DNA of 59,947 nt, counting the filler, from Platydemus manokwari (Eukaryota): NCBI GenBank assembly GCA_037951405.1. It is 5 parts of 5 records of this genome, joined end to end, with 100 filler letters (N's around TTAATTAATTAA, not from the genome) between each part and the next. Parts side by side here need not be neighbours in the genome. Positions count along the whole stretch, not along the records: positions 36,818 to 50,734 come from JBBMOY011575854.1; positions 50,835 to 59,947 come from JBBMOY011297872.1; 3 more parts are not named here. One strand, written 5' to 3'. The position numbers and the translations under genes are program-made. Positions within the stretch are counted from its first letter, which is position 1. Each line of letters opens with the position of its first letter. Positions 38,347-51,773 of the stretch are shown here, piece after piece. Under the pieces are notes generated by a model. That model made no database searches. It was given only the letters and a program-made list of their open reading frames with translations, and was not told the origin of the DNA.

Positions 38347-40564
38347 TCCTGCTAGACTGAGTTTCTGCGAGTTTCCACCACTAATAACAACTCTAGAATA
38401 ACTGTGATAATTTGCTCTACCACTTAATGATAGACTTTGTCCGTCTAGTATTACAAAAAACTTGTTTTATAAATAAATATTAGTATAAATAATTCATGCA
38501 TGATATCAAGCAATTACGGTTTGAATATCTTAAGGATTTTCAAAGTTTATATAAAGGGATATAAAAAAATTTATTTAATCGGTACCCATGCATATTCTTC
38601 GTCCAAACAATATTTCAAATGGAGAATGTTGAATTGAACTTTGATATGTTGCATTCATGATAAATTCTATCCGTGCTATTAATTTATCCCAAGCCTGTTT
38701 CTCTAATGCCATCGTTGTTACCACCATGTCTCGGACAGTACTAATCATCCTTTCAGATAAGCCTGATGTTGGTATGTGGAGGTAAATTCTTGTTTTATTC
38801 AAACTCGTGTTGCTAATTCTTTCATTTCCCTTCCTTCAAAGACTCTACCCCCATCAGTGAATATTGATTTTGGAGCCCCATAGATCCATTTATCGATGAT
38901 AGCCTTTGAAATACTTGTTTCATCTTGTCGAATAAGTGACACCAAATTTACTAACTTACTGAATCTATCTACTATAACCAACAAATATCTGGTTTTAGTC
39001 ATAAATTACCCAAAGTGTGCAACATCAACAACGATCTGTTCCAAAGTCCAAAACTATTCCCTGGGAATCATCATCTATTTAGCTCGTCCAGTGTATACCT
39101 TCCATTTAGCACAAATATCACAATTCTGTACTTCATGATCGATGCTTCGCGTCTTATTTGGCCAGAAGTAAATTTTCTAAATGTAATCTACCAATTTCTT
39201 ATTACCAATATGGCACAACTCCTCATGGAGGTATCTCGTAAGATTCTGCCAATAAATCTCTGGTACCAAAATTCTCTTCTTTCCATTCTAATTATACACC
39301 ACCATATCTTCAAACAATTCATATTTTCCCTAACCATTGTCGAATGGAACCAACGACAGCATCTTCTTGTTGAATCTTTCTTAGTTCGTCATTATTTGCA
39401 ATTGAATGCTCGACAACACTAATAAACCGAATTTTTGGTTTACCTTCTTCAGCTCCCCGGTGCTGAGTTAAGAATTGTGAACAAAATGCTTCGCCTATAC
39501 TTGAGAGTCCATCCGCATTTTCATGATCTGATCCTTTCCGATATTGAAGTTCAAAATTGAATCCGGATAAGTTTGCAAACCATGTTTGAAAGTGAGAGCT
39601 TATCGGTTTGTTAGTTTTCTTCATGTATGTCAAGTCTTTGTGATCGGTGCTAGTCACAAATTTCCTTCCCAACAGATAATGTTTAAAATGCATAGTAAAT
39701 GTCGTGAATTGCCAAAAGCTCTTTCCTCGTTACGCAATATCCTTTTCCATGACTGTTAAGAGTTCTAGAAGCATAGGCTACTACTCTCTCTTTTCCATTT
39801 TCATCCAGCTGGCTTTGAACGCCCCCAATCACTCCATAACTAACGTCGGGGTCTAAAATCATCTCTTTGTTTGGATCTGGAAAGACCAAATTTGGAGCTG
39901 TGCATAATTGTTCTTTAAGGTATCCAAAACTTTCCTCACACTCTGTACTCCACTCTAACTTCTTGTCACTTCCAGTCATCATGGCATATAACGGAGCTGT
40001 AATTAATTCGCAGTTCTTAATATATCTTCTGTAATAATTGCGCAATCCTAGGAACGACCTCAACTGAGTGATGCAACTAGGTTTAATTGCTTGAAATGCT
40101 TCTCATTAGTTTGTATACCTTCTGCACTGATCGTATGATCCAGGAAATTCAATTTTCTAATGCCAAAAGTGCGTTCCTCAGGATTGATTTTCAAACCTGA
40201 TGATTCAATCAACCTGAATACCTTTTTTAGTTTCTCGTTGTGTTCCTCGACCGTTTTTCCATACATTAAAATATCGTCCAGATAAACAAGAACGCCTTTG
40301 TAAATCAAGTCCTTCAATCGCATTAATTAGACTCTAAAACGTTGCTGGCGCGGTACATAATCCAAAAGATAGTCTATTAAAACAAAACTGCCCAGTTCTA
40401 GTGGTGAACGCCGTTTTCATTTTATAATCTTCCTCAAGTTTGACCTGATAATATGCTTGGCCTAAATCTATCGTGAAGAAAACTGTGGCTCCATACACTG
40501 AGTCCAATAACGTTTGGTTATCAAGTACCGGGAATAAAACCTCTCAGTCGGTTCGTTTAACTTT

Positions 40565-41636
40565 CTGAAATCTAAACACATCCTGATCGATCCATCTTTC
40601 TTAGGAACCACGACCAAAGGAGAGTTCCAAGGTGTTATGACATTACTATTTAGAAAATTTTCTATCAATTCTTGAATTTTGGTTTCTAAATTAATTGTTG
40701 TCTTCTGGGGTTTTTGGCAATAGGTGAATGCTTTCTCTTCCTCTTGCCGTCTTTCATCTTTACTTCTATTCTATCTCTAGTTTATATATGTCCTATTGAC
40801 TCAACCACATTAAAAAGATAGTTACAGTAGGTTGATTCCGGTTTTTTTTCTCTTCCATGGAAAGTGAGCTAACACAATCACTTGCTTCACTTTCAGTTTG
40901 AATATCGGTACTTTGTCGTCATTAGTTTTTAAGTCTAAACACATCGTGTTCGATCCATCTTTCTTAGAATCTACGACTTAAGGAGAGTTCCAAGGGCTCT
41001 TGCAAGGTGTTATGACATTACTTCACCAAATCTGTTAGTCCCAAATCTAACTGAGGAGCCATAAAAATTGAGCCATTTTCTTTTATACACTTCTTCAATG
41101 AAATATCGTTCTTATCAGCAATGCAATTCAGTGCCATTTCGATTCTGTCTTGGTCGCTGCATTTCTTTCCCACATTCTTGGCATCAATTGATTTTATCCC
41201 TGCAAGTCTTCATCATATCAACTGGTGATATATCTTTTACTACAATGATCTCCTTTACTAGAATTTTGTTGTTCCAAACTATTGGGATGTTTATTTTCCC
41301 TAGACACGATTTAATCTGCGGCTCTCCAATGCGCCTCCAATTGCTATCCTTCATTACTGTTATTGATGCACCAGAATCCCATAACATTTCAATTTGTGTA
41401 CCGTTGCAATAAATTTTACTCCACTGTCTACCATCTGCTTTCTGATACATCTGTGAATGCTTCCTCTTCCTCTTGCCGTCTTTCATCTTTACTTCTATTC
41501 TATCTCTAGCTTATATATGTGCTATTGACTCAACCACACTGACGAGATAGTCACAGAAGGTTGATTCCGGTTTTTTTCTCTTCCATGGAAAGTGAGCTAA
41601 CACAATCACTTGCTTCACTTTCGGTTTGAATATCGG
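40565..41636 (-). repeat. Internal tandem duplication in the Gypsy element with reciprocal deletions
   Basis: 40724-40908 matches 41453-41636 (gag-pol junction), and ~40930-41022 matches ~40565-40646 (RT start). Confidence 0.92.
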
Positions 41637-42634
41637 CTTTACCTTCTTCGTCATGGATGCACAATATTCTCCTAGGACTATTGTAACTAGGCTTTCTGGC
41701 TAAATGGCATTCTCTACACGAATGTCCTTCTTTACCGCATATCAAGCATTTATTCCGCAGTGGACATTCAATCTTCCGGTGTCCAAGCTTACCACAGCAA
41801 AACTAGCAGTGGGTTTCAAATAATCAACACGTGGTGTAGGTTTTCCTCTGCAATCGTTGTAGAATTTAGAAGCAATAGCTTTCATTGATCTTGTTGGTCT
41901 CTCGTTGTTTGGAGATTCTGTGCGATTAGCTGATGCTCGATGATATTCTTTTACACCAAAATCTCATTCCTGCAAAATTGGACTTGGCTTTTTGAACGAG
42001 GTCTCCTGCTAAAAGGTCTTTCTTAGTTCACTTTGAAATACTGACTGATGGCGTTTATGGGCTTCGTCGGAGTTTACTTTTCAAAATTGACAGCTAGCTC
42101 TCTTCTTCTATCGTCGGACATTGCAGAATCGACAGTAAATGACTCTTTCAATTTCTTGCTATTTAGACCTTGCATAATAAATAATCTTGAAATTTCTTCA
42201 AGAGTGTTTTTCTTGTCAAACACTTCCGAAATTAGCTTATTTACCCGAAGTTCAAAACTGCGATATTTTTCATCTGGTCTTTGTTGCATTGCTGCCAAAT
42301 CTTGAACCTTGTCGTATACTGTTTTGGCATGTGAAAATGTTTCTAAAAACCATTTCTCAATTTCTTCATTTGAAACAACCTTTTTGAAACTGCTGAATTC
42401 TTGCCACAGCTGTTTGGAGTCATCTCTCAAAAGCATGTCAAATGCAAATGATAGTTCCATTTGTTTAAAAATCGCGAAATCTTTTGTTGTCTGGAACCAT
42501 TTCTCAGCGTCTTGTATTGATTAATCGAAGAATGATGGTTTCGGAATTAATAACGCCTGCGTTTTTGTGGCAGATTCACAAAAAAATGTTCTGCCTCTCT
42601 TCTCGTTTAGCTCTAGTCAGAGCGTTAATTTCGG

Positions 42635-42645
42635 CGTGGTCGCCA
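42635..42645 (-). promoter_or_regulatory. Primer binding site, tRNA-Arg(TCG)-like
   Basis: Minus strand TGGCGACCACG lies immediately upstream of gag and is complementary to a tRNA 3' end ...CGTGGTCGCCA. Confidence 0.75.
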
Positions 42646-43386
42646 GTAAAAAGATAACTCGCTTTTATCAATATTTTATTCTAATTCAAAATTACACAGT
42701 TTGTTTTTTAATATTAAAATAAATCTTATTTTTTTATCTATGTCTATTAAAGAACTATTTGAATAGTATGGTACACTTAATTCTGACTATACAATGAGTT
42801 AGACAAAAGAAGCCACAATGTTTAATAGACTCTTGAAGTCGTATCAAAAACGAAATTCTTCTTCGAATGAGAAATGGCAAGTAACATGGAGCAAATAATC
42901 ACTTTTGAAATAACATAAACTAAAATAATTATACGCAAATTGTATACCAAAAATTATATTTTTTGAAATAATTTTATAACGAACTATGTCTCCGCCTTGT
43001 ATACTTAGTAAATGAGCATTTGAGAGCTGATTTCCTTTACTCTTCCCTTTTTATAGCACTATCTATCCACGCCCCTATGATGCTAGTAATCAATTATCGT
43101 TCCAACTAGCGTAATTTGTTTATAATGGTTCATATCAATTGATAAATTTTCATTAATTTTATTTTTACTAGCTAAATGTCTTCAATTTTAGAAAATAGAA
43201 AACAACTTTTAATATTTTGATACAAACATAAGCTGATAGTTCAAGAGTTTCAAAATTTTCAATTGAGTCAAATTACTTTATTTAAAGATATTTGATTGAA
43301 AATTATACAATCTCATAATTAGCGTCTATCTAATTAGTCTACAAACTCTTAATAATCATGTCTACGAAATAATGACAAATAATCGT

Positions 43387-46300
43387 TTAATTTTGAAGAG
43401 TCGTTAACTGTTTATTGCATTCGGGGCAAACTGATCTTGCATGATAGAATTGATTTTTAACTTGACAGTTGCAAATATCATAAGATTTCATGTTATGAGA
43501 TGGAGCACAGTAGCAATTGTAATTGATTTCATGATTCTTACAATTTTTGTGCTTGTCCTTATACTTTACGTGTATTCGTTTTGAACATTCATTGGATGAT
43601 TGTTTCCCAGAACATGTATGCTTTTTATCATCGTTAATTTTTGAAAATATTAAACTTTGCTGAACACTTTTATCATAGATAAGGTTATCTTGGCTTTTCG
43701 ATTTCACATTCTGATGACTAGTATTTCTGAGTGGACTGTGAATTGTTAATTGATCTTCTGTGCAAAAACATGCACTCGTATCACTACCCGATATTGATGT
43801 ACATTCGGAACTAGAATCTCTTTTTGTGTAATTTGATGTATTCACCAAACCAACTGATTTAGGATGAGATTGGTTATTTAGCATGAATAAAGTCGTCTAA
43901 ATTCATTTATTGTTAATAAACTTGAAAAAAAACTATGATTTACTTCTGCAATTGGTTTTGTAACAGTAATTTTGTTGTGAATCTCTTGATTTATATCATT
44001 ATCTTTTGGTGTGTTTGAGTCAACAGCATGATTGCAAGTATTCTGCTTTTTATTGTTGCTTGAACAAGATCCTTTGAATATAGCTTCCGCCATTTTACGA
44101 AGATTCTTTACTTGATTTGTTAGACATGCGAAATCTTGTAATACAGGGTTTGTTCTCACAAGATTCTATAATTATCTATAATTATACATATATAATTATA
44201 TAGACAAGGATTCTCACAGGGAAGCCCACAAGCTTTATTTTTACAAAGACTATTATTCTGAAATTTAATTTTCAAAATGTCTACCATTTTCAGTAGTACA
44301 AGGGCGAATTATCATCTCAATAACGTCATGTAATGCATCGGGAATTCTATTTTCAAATTGATTTAAGGTTTGGAGTTGAATCTGATCGCTACTTATACAT
44401 AACTTCAAAGAAAGAAATCACGCAGTGTTAAGTCGAATGATCTCGAGATCACCACAAAAACACCTTTGGCTTAGAAAGTAATGGTTCAAGTAACTGATAA
44501 TGAGATCATATAAATGAAGCGGATCTGTATCTTGCATGAGGTAAAGAACTTCAAAAACTCAGGTCTTTTCAAGACAATTTCCTGTTTAATAGAAGTTCTT
44601 TTTAATGAAGTAGCGCTCTTTAATCGTTTGACATCGTGGTATGGTTGTTATTGAGTAAACCAACACACAAATCAAACAATCGATAATCAAAAGAATTTAA
44701 ATTTCAATGTTAGTAGAATTTATTGCCATTTTAAAATATTCAATGAATTCAAGCAGATTTTACTTAGGTGATTCGTTGTGGGACATAATTTTTAACACTG
44801 GAAACTTTTGGTGATAAGTTGACATTTAAACATAATTATAATGGATGCTTGATTAATCAAACCATATTTTGTTAAGAGTCAAATATTATGAATTAATTAT
44901 AAATTAACTAATTACTAATTTAATTTAATTATATATGTTTTTCTATCATGATCATTGACGGAATATTTGAAAAAAGTCGAAAGTTTACGTTGACATTGAA
45001 ACATCATGTATTTAACTTTATCAATTATAAAGTGCAATTAATTAATTTATTTATTTGAATATGCTACCCGAAAATAAGTAGTATTCATGAATCTTTTGCA
45101 TCATATAATTAACACATTATTGATTTTATGCTTCACGTGAGTCCCATATTATTTTAATTATTTACCAGAACAGAAGCCGCATTTTGATTGTTTCTGCAAT
45201 TATTGATATTGCAATCAATATCCAGTTTGCTTTTTTTCATTAGATCTTCAAAAGTCTAAAAATTCTTTTGTAATGAAATTTAAAATTATTAAAAATCTTC
45301 TACTTTTGAATTCCCTTGTGGGTCACGGATATTCAGTAATAAACTACGACCATTCTTTGTAATAGAATGCCCACCGTTCATGGAATTTTCTGGAGTACAA
45401 ACATCTTGATATCCATAATGATGTTCAATTCCTTGAGACTTATCAGTAGGCTGTCTAAAAGACAAAGGTATATCTTTATGGATTGATTCTTGGCTATATG
45501 GACTAAATCCACGATCTCGGTTAGATGCAAGTGCCAGATCCTTTTTAATTCTTTCGACATCTTTCTTCAATAAACTTATGTCACAATCAACTTCTTTGAA
45601 TTTGCAGTTGAAATATTGACTGCAAATTACTTCTTCAACAAAGTATGTTTGATTAAAATCGAACCAACTTGTCCCTTATACAGATATCTATCGATCCAGA
45701 TTTATCTCCAATTTCACACTTTAACTGCTCTATTTGACAAATTAATCTTTGTTGAGCTCTCATTAAGTTATTCAACTCTAAACTTATATTGCATCCGTTA
45801 CTGTTTCTCATAAAGTTACTGTTGGATGAATCTTGATTTTGTGATACCTAAACAATTCTCTTTAACTATAACTTTTTAGAGTTAGGATAAATTAATTTTG
45901 GTAGATAATATTTAAATAATTTCATTTCATAGTAAGAGGAAAATGGTAACATTTTGGATCTAAGGTGATGTAGAGACTAAAATTAATACAAGTTGTTCAG
46001 AAACCTACAGAAAAGCATTGGCTTATATTTTAATCAATTGATGAGACATAAAATATTAATTTCAGGAACATCACTTCACCAATGAATAGAAATTCAATAA
46101 ATATTCAGTTAAAAATAAAGCAGATTCATAGAACTCAGATTCAAGAAAATCCTGTATAAAATTAATAAAATAAAAGAATGTCAAACTTGCAACACATTAA
46201 TTGCCTGGAGATTTATTAAACGGCATCATTAAATTATTTTTTGTAGATAAACTATATTTTAAAAAACCCTATTTCGGTCTGATTTTAGTGTAAATAGTTG

Positions 46301-47561
46301 TATAAATCCACTCGCACAACATTCAAATATATTTATGGATAAAAATGTGACAAAAGTAAAGTTAAATTTAGTCTGATAAACAATAATAATGATGAACAAA
46401 CATTGATCATCTGTGATAATAAAAGCAAGTCATCAAGCTAATTATTGATAATTAGCTCGTGACGGCATGTAAGATAGAAATAGTATTAATATTTACTTAT
46501 TCAAAAGTTTCATCAATATATTCGTATTTAAGCAAATACACACACACATATATAACTACGTCACATAATTGAACCAGCACAAATTGAAATCTTTATTGAA
46601 TGTAGATATTTGAAATGCTCCAAAACAAGAGCGCTAAAGTCAAAACAAGCATCGGCTAAGCGGTAAGTCGTTAGTATTTGAATAATTTTTAAATTAAAAT
46701 TTAACTAGTGAAACTGTAGCATGAGTGAAACACAAACTTATTAAGATTTTCGTTATCCTGATCATTATGCAACAACGTACATCAACGTAGTAGTTGAGGA
46801 AATACTTGTTGTGTTGCTTAATCCGTTGTAAATTCTGACATTAATTATTACTGAAAAATTTTTAATTTCTTTTTAAATCTTTTATTGGTCAAACTTCAAA
46901 AACAATAGTGAACTATACTGCGTAAAAAATGGCATCAATGAAGTTTAATTACAAGTAATATAGGATATTTTTTATTTTCATATAATTAACAAAAAACATA
47001 TGCAGACTAAATGCTTAAAAGCCCCTGTTTATTTTCAAGAACAAAAAGAATATGTATTACTTATGTATAAAACATGAAAAAGACAATTAACTTTGTAATG
47101 GTTGTAAGAAAATATCGACTAATCTATAAATAATCAAAAGCAAGCTCATGACATTGACGAGAGGTTTAACTACCAGCAGAATTTAATAAAATAATAATAT
47201 TAAAAAAACTTACATGCATTCTTGAAAATCCTTTTCGACTTTTCATTGTTTTATTTATAGAATCTGGTAAATAATTTCGAGAGAAAAAATCTATCGCCTT
47301 GGTAGGTTCTGCATCAATTTCTACCATATTGTATGGTGTTGAACCTTGATCTGAATTTCCTATTAACAATTGTGGTTTTTTAGAATCTTTATTATTTGTA
47401 TTTGTATTGTTATTAACATTGAGATAAATTAATTCTTCTTCGATGCATTTCAATGTTGATTTGCATCTAAAAATATTTGATTGAGCCGAACTAATGCTTT
47501 TGGCTAAAGCTTTAAAATTAATCATGATATTATTAGAATTTTCAATGGAATCATCATTCAT
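43387..47561 (-). CDS. Uncharacterised coiled-coil, Cys/Asn/Ser-rich protein (~554 aa, six exons)
   Basis: Exons 47561-47214, 45847-45669, 45619-45304, 45255-45166, 44165-43944 and 43896-43387 join in frame (1665 nt) with GT-AG introns, three of them 47-49 nt. No family recognised. Confidence 0.75.
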
Positions 47562-47892
47562 TTCAGAATAAATCGACAAAGATCAAAAGTCTTCAGTGAT
47601 TTTTAAACATTATTAATAAAAATTCAATGCAAATATTGAATGAATTTATGAAATATAATTGCAATTATTATTAAATGTAAATAACTTGATTATCTGTAAT
47701 TTGTTGAGTTATATTTGCAAACATTTTACAGGTACAATGTTTTTTGCATTTTTTTTAATGTGCCCTAATACTAAATAAATCCAATAAAACGTTACAGCTG
47801 TTACAACACACGCGCACATATAGACGGGTATGTGGGTTTATTGATTAGTTCTACTGTTGTTATAGTTATGAATTATTCTTGTAGAAGACATA

Positions 47893-49980
47893 ATGGAATT
47901 TAAAGGACCAGACTTTTGTGTTGTTGGTGATGAAGTGGAATTTACAATGGTTTATCATAAACGCTACAAGAATATTTCTTTTCGTGTTAATGATCCGAGT
48001 AATAATGAATTTGTACCAATTATCAAGAAATCTGATGATCCAACAGTTTGTGTAATAAGCTTTCCTACATCAGTAATTGGAATGTATAAAATCAACGTGT
48101 ATAAGAATAATCTGCTCAAGAATAAACCGGTAAGTTGTTATCATAAATAATTTTAGCTTTCAACAGAAGACACGCAAATAATACTTATCAATGGAAACAG
48201 ATAACAATCAGATATATTAAAAGTCACAGTTTAAGAAAAATCTTTTATTAATAATGACATTTTGCTAAATAAATGGAAAAAATATCAGTTAGTATTATTA
48301 CATTATACCAGATTGTAGGGTCAATTTACCCATTTGATATATTTCTGTGAATACCAGTTACATATAAATCCTAATAAAGTTATTTTAATCGAATATACAT
48401 CAGATTGACACTATTAATTTAAAAATAGAATAATTTCAGATAATTTCTTATTTAAAATGAAATTTATTATAGAATGAATTGTTAACTTCTGGTCATTGTT
48501 ATGCATTTGATCTAGACCAGGAGAGGTGGCACATGGATATTATTTATTGGTCATTAGAATCTATAGAATTAGTAATGGAAATGCGAATGCATCATCCTGT
48601 CGTTAAGAATGTTAGTACGAATATTTCAGAGATATTTATGTATATGATATTAAGATAATTGCTCAAGCTCACCTTTTATCAGCCATAAGCAACACCATCA
48701 ATCCTTATGTTGTGGTTCAATGCCATTCTAATATTTTGCCAGATTATACTTGCAGGTTCACTTTTATTCCTCCACAATACGGTAGCTATGAAATCAGATT
48801 TTATTTCAACAACACATCAGTTCCAGGTTCAATAAAAATATTCTCAGATTTAATTCAATAGACTTATTTCTTTAGGACCTCGACCAAAGGTCCATGTTAT
48901 TAATGCTACAAAATGGAAATTGGTTCATTCTTTTACCACAGATCAGTGCTTGACATCACTCCAAAAAAAAGCTTCATTCATTTTCGAATTATGTGGTGCA
49001 CCTTCAGAATTTCTCAAAGCTTGGGTACAATGTCCAGATAAAACTAATGTTAATATGTTGCTTTATGGTGAAGAAAAACATAATAAAATTGGTCAACTAA
49101 GATGTGATTTTACTCCATCGATTATTGGTCTCCACACTCTATTTGCCTGTTATCAAGACGTCATGTTTGATAAATGCCCATTAGAATTTCACGCTTATGA
49201 TGCAAAATTGGTGGAAATAGTTTCAATTATTCCCGATTTTGATTCCGGCAAGAAACACAGGGTAGGAGAAACACTGACTATTACATGTGAATATCTATTT
49301 TACACAAATATTTATAATATATAATGTATTTCATTAATAGATAGTTGCCCCAATTCAACTCAGAATCAAATCGATGTAACGGCTATTGCAAGTGAAGATT
49401 CGGGAATTTATTCTCCGGTTCCAGTTGAAAAATCCATATCAAATAAAAAGGGAATTGCGATATTTAAGGTTAATCTACCATTTGCAGGCCAATATTTAAT
49501 TGAAGGATTCTATATCAAAGAAAAAAGTAGTGATTTGAATTTTAAAGAACCATGAATTATTTATTTAAAGTCCATTCGATAGATATGGAAGTCGTGCTCC
49601 CATTAGAAATGAATGATAAAAGTAATACATTTATTGGAATTATTAATCTTTATCATATTTGTTATAAAGATTTTAGCGATAACAATACTGAAGAAAGTAC
49701 TTTCAACGGTAATATTTTTGTATTCAATTTATTTATTTAGACCTTACTCAGAATTAATCATAGACGAAATTCAACAAACATCTTACCCGGAATCAATGAT
49801 GGCTATCTCAGGTCATTTAAATTACTTGTTTTAAATTTGTTTTATTACCATAAATATCAATTATGATCTCCATAGAAAAACTTCATAATTATTTCACAAC
49901 ATTTTACAATACTGGAAGAATAATAGAATACATAGGAGATTATAAGACATTTTCGGACACACATAGGAAACCATAAACAG
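47893..49980 (+). CDS. Divergent filamin-type Ig-repeat protein (boundaries approximate)
   Basis: Repeated F.P...G.Y.I motifs: ISFPTSVIGMYKINV, FTFIPPQYGSYEIRFYFNNTSVPG, CDFTPSIIGLHTLFA...KCPL, VNLPFAGQYLIEG. In-frame introns at 48827-48875 and 49287-49340. Exons in 48130-48650 and the 3' end are unresolved. Confidence 0.65.
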
Positions 49981-50734
49981 TTTATAAAATATTATAAGAC
50001 ATTGACTGTAAGAAATTGTGCTATTAACTGTGTGATGTAAACGAGATTAAATAAATGAGTACAAACATTTAAAAAATAATTGATTAATTTTAAAAGAATG
50101 GTGGATATGAAAAAACATGAAAAATCATTTTACCATCACAATAAACTACAAAGACAATACTCTTATTTGGATATTCTCGAATATTTATCATGTTAAAATT
50201 ATGGAATTTTATTTGTGCTCTACTTGGTGATAATTAAGAACAAATCAACAAAAAATTATCGACGATTTATTTCTTAAATTAAGTATAAGAAGTTAGAGCA
50301 TACATTTAATTATTTCGGCAAAGAGTAAGATGGATAACAATCGCCGAAGAGAACTAATGGCACTCTACTGCAAAGTAAAAATAAAATATGGAATTTGATT
50401 TGAGTGAAGTTGTTAAGCAATAATTTATAACTAATCTCCAATCGGATATTGATGAGAATAGGATAACGTGAGATACAGAAATTGAATTTATCATATTAAG
50501 TATAGAATAAGATTGAAACTGAAAATAATGTTTGTCTTGCGAATAAATGCTCGAATAATGCAATAATTTCCTGTTCGTGAAATGTTGCTTGCAATACGAA
50601 ACTTCCTGTCGTATGAAAATTTCTGAATATTCGAATTTCTGGATTGAGAATTATTTGTACATTATGTCAAAAAAGTACCGGGAATTAATCATTTAAAAAA
50701 CCCGCTTAAAGGTACTGTCAAAATTATGCTTGTC

Positions 50735-50834
50735 NNNNNNNNNNNNNNNNNNNNNNNNNNNNNNNNNNNNNNNNNNNNTTAATTAATTAANNNNNNNNNN
50801 NNNNNNNNNNNNNNNNNNNNNNNNNNNNNNNNNN
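50735..50834. other. Artificial contig linker
   Basis: 44 N + TTAATTAATTAA (50779-50790) + 44 N. Confidence 0.97.
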
Positions 50835-51024
50835 ATCTCATCTTGAATGATTTTCTTTGTGAACTGCGTAGGGATTTGTTATTGTTATTATTGAGACTTT
50901 GAGTGTATTATTTCAATTAATACAGATTTGTAGATTCAAATTGTTGTTTGATAACGCAACACTATCTATATTTAGTGAACCACCTTTCATAATCAACGCA
51001 AACATATCAACAATAATTCATTTA

Positions 51025-51395
51025 GTTAACACCACAACAACCCCAATCATTAAAAACAATTAATTCAATCCCAATTTCAATCCTTAGTCAACTCGACTTG
51101 ATTTTTCAATATCCTTCACGTGGTTATTGAGTAACTACTTCTAGAGTAGTGTACTAAGCAAGTTTATCAACTTCGAGATTCATCTTTATGCAAATCAGAT
51201 AATAATATTTTAATATCTTCTGTGTGTGCATTCGTCTATTTATTACCAAACCAATTATTAGCAATGGCACAAACAATCCTAATTGCAACAATAAATTCAT
51301 TTGGCTTTAAACCTTCAACAATTTAGTTAAGTTTTCCGGAATCATTGTCTCCATGTGTGTTACTGAAGCCTTCAAGAACCAGTGTACACATAAAA
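51025..51395 (-). mobile_element. Possible Chapaev3/CMC-like transposase relic
   Basis: ANNWFGNK*TNAHTEDIKILL, MNLEVDKL and NDWGC loosely parallel FLGN.K..NY..LV..ML, MSLK.HFL and ADYCW. Confidence 0.3.
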
Positions 51396-51773
51396 TCAAC
51401 CACAACTCACAATTAAATTTAATATATAAACATTTATTGCATATTTTTCATGATAAATATATCTTCTCTGTATATTTTTTACTTTATCAGGAACTTCGAA
51501 AAATCGATAATAGGATTATTCATTCAACTGAAGTAGTTTTATGTTGAAACAATATTTCATAAAATATTTGATAAATTTGATAAATATTTATTTAAAAACA
51601 ACAATATCAAGCGAAATCCAATTGCTGGAGAAAATTTCAAATGTGAAATTATTTATTTGTCTCTCATAAGAAAGTCAATTTGATTTGTCAGCAAGTCTAT
51701 TTGAAGGAAGCAATTAAATATTAATGCATATAAACACAGGAACTTTGTAATTAATTATCACATTTCATCAGCC

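Larger units (their letters stand above)
38575..42645 (-). mobile_element. Ty3/Gypsy LTR retrotransposon, degenerate (gag-PR-RT-RH-IN)
   Basis: gag at ~42580-41550 with knuckles CFCCGKLGHRKIEC and CLICGKEGHSCREC; protease LWDSGASIT; RT PWNSPLVVVPKKDGSIRMCLDFRKLN and YLDD; RNase H VVAYASRTL...ELLAI and TDHKDL; integrase IVDRFSK, FTDGG, GLSERM, SPFEILFGR. The domain order is Gypsy. Many frameshifts; no paired LTR identified. Confidence 0.95.

Noticed and set aside
42646-43100. Paired LTRs for the Gypsy element
   Set aside because: Sequence upstream of the PBS should be the 5' LTR, but I found no matching copy near 38.3-38.6 kb, so boundaries and TSD cannot be supported.
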